A stretch of DNA of 64,000 nucleotides from Setoptus koraiensis (lineage: Eukaryota > Animalia > Arthropoda): NCBI GenBank assembly GCA_048013815.1, contig CM106585.1, positions 21,018,001 to 21,082,000 of the forward strand, given 5' to 3'. Below the pieces are notes generated by a model. The model had not been told where the DNA came from. It saw nothing but the letters and a program-made list of their open reading frames with translations, and did not search any database. The stretch's first letter is position 1. Every line of letters begins with the position of its first letter. This document shows, piece after piece, positions 59,577 to 64,000 of this stretch. Position numbers and translations under genes: made by a program.

Positions 59577-59584
59577 CTACTCAC

Positions 59585-59897
59585 CTAATAATTTCCACGT
59601 CTCCTGTTTATTTATATATAGATTGATTTTGGGCAATGTGGCAAGCGCTTGGTTTGTTTGTTGCTGTTGAGGTTGTGGTTGCTGTTGTGGTTGTAGTTGT
59701 GCTTGATGTTGGGACGAGGCGAGCATGTGTTGTTGGTGATGGCGTCGTTGATGATGATAGTGTTGTTGTTGTTGCAAATACTGTTGTTGATTGAGGTGCA
59801 TGGATGCGGGCATGCCCACCAATCCGATTGCTGTGACAACTTGCGACGCACACAACACCACTATTGCCACTGACCTCACGTATTGATGGCACTTCAT
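59585..59897 (-). CDS. RYK: RYK-like exon 1 (signal peptide, Q/H-rich spacer, start of the WIF domain)
   Basis: MKCHQYVRSVAIVVLCASQVVTAIG signal peptide. INLYINKQETWKLL(G) corresponds to RYK LSLYLSEDEVRRLIG. Donor G|GTGAGT at 59584. Confidence 0.75.
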
Positions 59898-60191
59898 TTT
59901 TAATTCAATTCGGTCGATACTCAATTCTACTATTAATATCTTATGTTTACACTGACCACTATTACTATTTTGTGTCTTGCTGCTGGCAATTATGTTGTGT
60001 GTTATGATGTTATTGTGGGGCCAATTGGGGTGCTGGCGTCAGTTATTGTCGTTGTTTTGTCGCCGGCTGTTTGCAGACTGCGCGAAATTGACTGTGTGTT
60101 GAGTTGCTTGCTATCAGCGTGTCCTCGTCACTTGTTGCCCGTTTTGCATGTGAGCCGTCGAGTTGACCGACGCGATCAGTAGAACGAAAAC

Positions 60192-60280
60192 GCATCGAAT
60201 CGAACAAAAACGCATCGAACGAAAAAGCATCGAACGAAAAAGCATCGAACGAAAAAGCATCGAACGAAAAAGCATCGAAC
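60192..60280. repeat. 15-bp tandem repeat (GCATCGAACGAAAAA) x about 6, upstream of RYK exon 1
   Basis: Seen directly. Confidence 0.9.
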
Positions 60281-61000
60281 AGCGCAAATCGAACGAGTCA
60301 CAACAATCGAACCATCCCAGTGCGTCGACTCATCACTGGTGCCCAGTGCGCATGCGCCCCTCCCCCCTCCCCAACAATTCAATCCGATAATGTGCGCCAG
60401 CTCTATAGCGCACTCTCATCCATCGTGCCGTGGTACACAACTGTAGAACTTGTATCATAGGAGTTCGATGCCATCCACAAGTCCCTGCACTGCCCAGAGC
60501 TATAGTGATGCGCACTATAGTCCACACAACAATGCACACTCTATAGAACACAATCAACGATGCCCATTGCACAAGCGACTGCCACATGATGCCAGCGCCA
60601 TCTAATGCCACACTTATACAGTTTGTATCAATAGTTTATCGAATAAACACACGCTTCCGGCCGACAAAACACAATCCAGGCCAAACATTTCCTTTTCGTT
60701 TGTCCAACAAATTCAATCGGGCAAAACCACCCATATTAGCGCGCTCTTTGCCAACAAAACCTCACTTGTTGCACTGTAAACAACTGTCAACTATATCACT
60801 TTCAACATTTGCGGCCATCAAGACAGCCAAAAACTTCCAATCTCACCCTCTTTAGCTAGAGACTATTACTGACCCAAAGATTACATCTCACATTGATTAG
60901 GTAGATCGGCGCATTTATTGCTCATGATTATATTCGTTGGTGAAGGCGCGGTGAATAAAATTTTTCAATAACATTACATAAAAACAACAAAAGCTACATT

Positions 61001-63218
61001 TCAATTTCTATAGCACTGTAACACTTGCTCCCAATTATCCAGGGAGTAAAAAAGAATAAAGGCTTCGTTCGTACATAGGTCATTGTCAGTGATTTCACGT
61101 GCTTCCGTATCACTAAACCGATACCATTTCTGTTGTTGTTTGCAATTAAAATAATGGTGAACAATCTTACTAAAGGCAAAATAATGTCCTGTATATAGAG
61201 TTCCATTATGGTTGACCACTGCTTGCAGGCTGTACTTTCCTCTTATTGGCCTGTAAGGCGGCTGAAGTAAACTACTCTCAAGTGGGATCTCTAGATTCAA
61301 GGGGAATCTCACAAGCGTGTCTTTCTTTATACTCTTCTGACCCTCCTGTTCAAACCTGGTTATTTAAAGATAACGAATTTAAAGGTGCTAATGCATTAGT
61401 TGGGCGCACAAATAAACTACAATTCTGATTAGAATCTATCGGGTTTTCTTACCTTTTAAGGTGTATGATGAGAGTTTTAGGCTGATAACTGATATCGATT
61501 TTTTTGTCTGTTAAAGTGGTCCTGGAACAATCATCACATTTTAACTCTAATTGCTCTTTTTTGAAGAAAAGATTCAAGCACTCCTCTAAACTGCACTCAG
61601 GCGCATAATCAAGAATAGGCAGAGAAACAGCAAAAAACGATTCAAATGATGTCGATTTATGGCCACATCCCCTGCTAAGGGTATGCATATATATCCCTTG
61701 AAATTCTTCGCAAATCTTTGAATTATTCCGTTCTTTATGTTCCTTCCAGAATTTTTTCCATGCCATCACATTGTTAGTAGTACCGTTAGAAAGGTCACTA
61801 CTTTGCGATTGTAATTGATTCGATACAGTGGCGCTTCTATTTAGATCATGATGTAACTTGTCAAATAGATCTATCATGAACTCATGTGAGTCGTGTTGCT
61901 TACCATCAGCAAAATTCATGTGTCTCGCTATTGTATGATAAAAACTAGCTGGCGTCACATATTTATAGCTATTAGCATTAAGCTCTTTAATAAGAAATCC
62001 AAACTGATAAGCTAGCTGACCATTGGTTCCTGATTTTTTATCCCCTTCTCCACTTTGGCCATCTATGTCCTTGATAAATGAAGGATCGCGTCTGATAAAG
62101 TAATCTTTAATGGAAGGATTGTATGCTAAACATTGTATGACGCTATTTATGTAGCAGGTATTGCCTAGATTAGCGAGACCGGTCGTGGGAAAACGGTCGG
62201 GTTGGGCACAATCCGGAACAGACGGTTTGAAATTCAAAGGTTGTGAGGTCGCATTGAAACTCTCCCTATGGTTATTCAAAGTGTCACCTTGTCTTTCATG
62301 TATCAACTGGTGTGGCTTTTGAGTTCGATCAAATTTTGGAATTTCAACTGTGTTGTTATTAATCGATCTAGAGAATAAACCGGTTTTGCCCTGAACATTG
62401 TTGTTCTGATCATTTGATGGATCTTTTGGTTGACACAATATTATTGAGTGAGCCAGGGCTTGAGGAGGGGGCTGGGGTGATGGTTGCGGATTCACTTGGG
62501 TCTCGTGCTGAGATGGCTTCGGGGGCACTACAGGGGCTGGTTTGGGCAAAGCAGGAACAGTTGGAGATATTTGAGGCAGTCTATCAACCGTGATTTCGTT
62601 CGATATAAATCGTATGGGGTGTGTTGTTTTCTCTTTTGAGTCTATACTTGGACGGTTAGTTTCATTACTGACACCGTTGGTGTTAAGAACTGTAGGTTGC
62701 CGCTGCTCATCTGATTCAAATGGTGGCGGTGATGTGGTATAATGTGGATAAGTTAAAGACCATTCCGAGAAGCCACCTTCTAGAGATTTTAGGTCGGCGG
62801 TTATCTTTTTATTGGTATCGCAATCAAAATTTGTCAATGCTCGTTTTAATCGCCCTACGAAATCCGCTTCATCGCTACCATCATCGATCACAATGACATG
62901 CTTATATTTGCTTCTATCCTCAAAAATATTTTTATCATTCTTCAGATCCTCCAAGGATTTTTTAATTTTGGGGATAGTTACAGTCCCGGCAAATTTGGCT
63001 ATATTTATGACATCCACCTGGTCTCTAACTGAAGTTTTTTGCAGACGTGAATCCAGGCATAAATGGGAGGCACCATATAGTTGTCGGGATCTTATATCTA
63101 TGAAGAGGATTCTTGATTGCGGGTTGTTTTTACATGATCTGATCAAATCCAAAGCGTCCGAACATGAGATAGGATCTAGTCGTGTCACGGGAACAGCTCC
63201 CCCCGGACTACTACTCAT
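61001..63218 (-). CDS. USP8: Ubiquitin carboxyl-terminal hydrolase 8-like (rhodanese plus USP domain); exons 63218-61453 and 61355-61001
   Basis: Rhodanese-like ILFIDIRS...YGASH, SH3-binding motif PKFDRTQKP, Cys box TGLANLGNTCYINSVIQCL, QHDSHEF, and His box AVVNHNGTLYTGHY...WYRFSD...AFILFY. The 97-nt phase-2 intron (61356-61452) restores IHLKRFEQ...VRFPL. Confidence 0.9.
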
Positions 63219-63675
63219 TTCTGATGATCGTTTTTATCTTGAGACCTTTGTCCTTTGGATAGCTTTGATGTTTATAAAATGGTGTGACCCAATCAGAATT
63301 TAATTTAATTAAGGCCAATTTTTTGGGGAAAATTGATTAAAATTGTGAAAACGGTGTGTAGCAATTGAAATTACGACGTTGTTTACATCACTGTCAGCTG
63401 GCAATGATTGAGAATGGCTTATTTTAAATTCAGCGCCCACATAGCACCAAGTAAAATGGATTTTCAGCACAATGTGATAGCAATGTGAGTGCGGTAACTC
63501 TATCAATGTCAGTCAATAATAAACTGTGTCTAGACGATTTCGCCTTCTCCTCCCCCAGGGTTATAGAGATTAACACAAGTTGAACCCATTTTTTTTTCAT
63601 CAAAACTCGGATATTAAAGCAACTATTATTGAAGGTTACCACTGCCCAAAATAAGAGAAAAAAACAATCACCAAG

Positions 63676-63894
63676 ATGAGTGAGGAACAAGAATTAGTCG
63701 ATCCAATGACAGCTCGCCGTGAAAAATGTGCCCTGGAATCTCAGATTCAGAAATTGAAGCAACGTTTAGACGAATGCAATAAACGAGTATCTTCTCGTAA
63801 AAAGACGGAAGAAACTTGCTTTGAAGAGATCATAGATTACGTGAGCGCCCTTGACCATTGTGCACACCATGGATTATTTAATAAGCTTAAATGA
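63676..63894 (+). CDS. UQCRH: Cytochrome bc1 complex subunit 6 (hinge protein)
   Basis: ELVDP...REKC...LDECNKRVSSR..TEETCFEE...DHC...LFNKLK is the diagnostic hinge-protein pattern. Intronless and divergent from USP8. Confidence 0.97.
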   Translation: MSEEQELVDPMTARREKCALESQIQKLKQRLDECNKRVSSRKKTEETCFEEIIDYVSALDHCAHHGLFNKLK

Positions 63895-64000
63895 TAGATA
63901 TCTTCGTTTCATACATTGGATGGATTCGGCAACAATACACAAACATTTATTAGGTTGAAGGACATTTGTTCTAACTGTTAGTTATAGACACAATTTTATT

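Larger units (their letters stand above)
40454..59584 (-). other. 19.1-kb first intron of the RYK-like gene, containing antisense nested genes and many short tandem duplications
   Basis: Phase-1 donor G|GTGAGT at 59584 and phase-1 acceptor at 40454. Joining them restores a contiguous WIF start (INLYINKQETWKLL-A-LRDQNIYYV). Confidence 0.75.

Noticed and set aside
55334-60280. Tandem arrays at 55334 and 60192 as CRISPR-like
   Set aside because: The repeats are head-to-tail without unique spacers, the context is eukaryotic, and no cas genes are present.
27597-63218. Apparent ubiquitin/ERAD gene cluster (AUP1, NGLY1, F-box, USP8)
   Set aside because: Such genes are common, and they are interspersed with unrelated genes (DDX54, RYK, UQCRH). 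There is no evidence of co-regulation.
62812-63303. 163-aa + strand ORF
   Set aside because: It is the antisense shadow of the USP8 coding region; the same applies to the shadows over DDX54, NGLY1 and the F-box gene.

Overview
Eukaryotic, gene-dense animal DNA with short GT-AG introns (about 50-160 nt) and N/Q/S/H-rich low-complexity proteins. This is compatible with a compact-genome acariform mite (inference, not proven). Left to right: (1) the spliced 3' end of a large disordered protein gene; (2) a decayed Ulp1/SENP-protease transposon relic beside a foldback-like repeat; (3) about 20 kb of probably uncorrected low-quality sequence with poly-G/poly-C runs and an A-rich tract, flanking a 500-N scaffold gap; (4) Tc1/mariner-type MITEs and the last exon of AUP1; (5) DDX54 and NGLY1; (6) an intronless F-box/LRR protein fused to a truncated, catalytically dead UPF1-like helicase; (7) a RYK/derailed-like Wnt receptor gene with no kinase domain, whose 19-kb first intron hosts antisense genes for secreted proteins; (8) a USP8 lacking its MIT domain; (9) UQCRH. 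The best novelty candidates are the F-box-pseudohelicase fusion, the kinase-less RYK locus with nested and antisense genes, and two hairpin-dense intergenic segments flanking NGLY1. All family assignments come from recalled motifs; no database searches were run.
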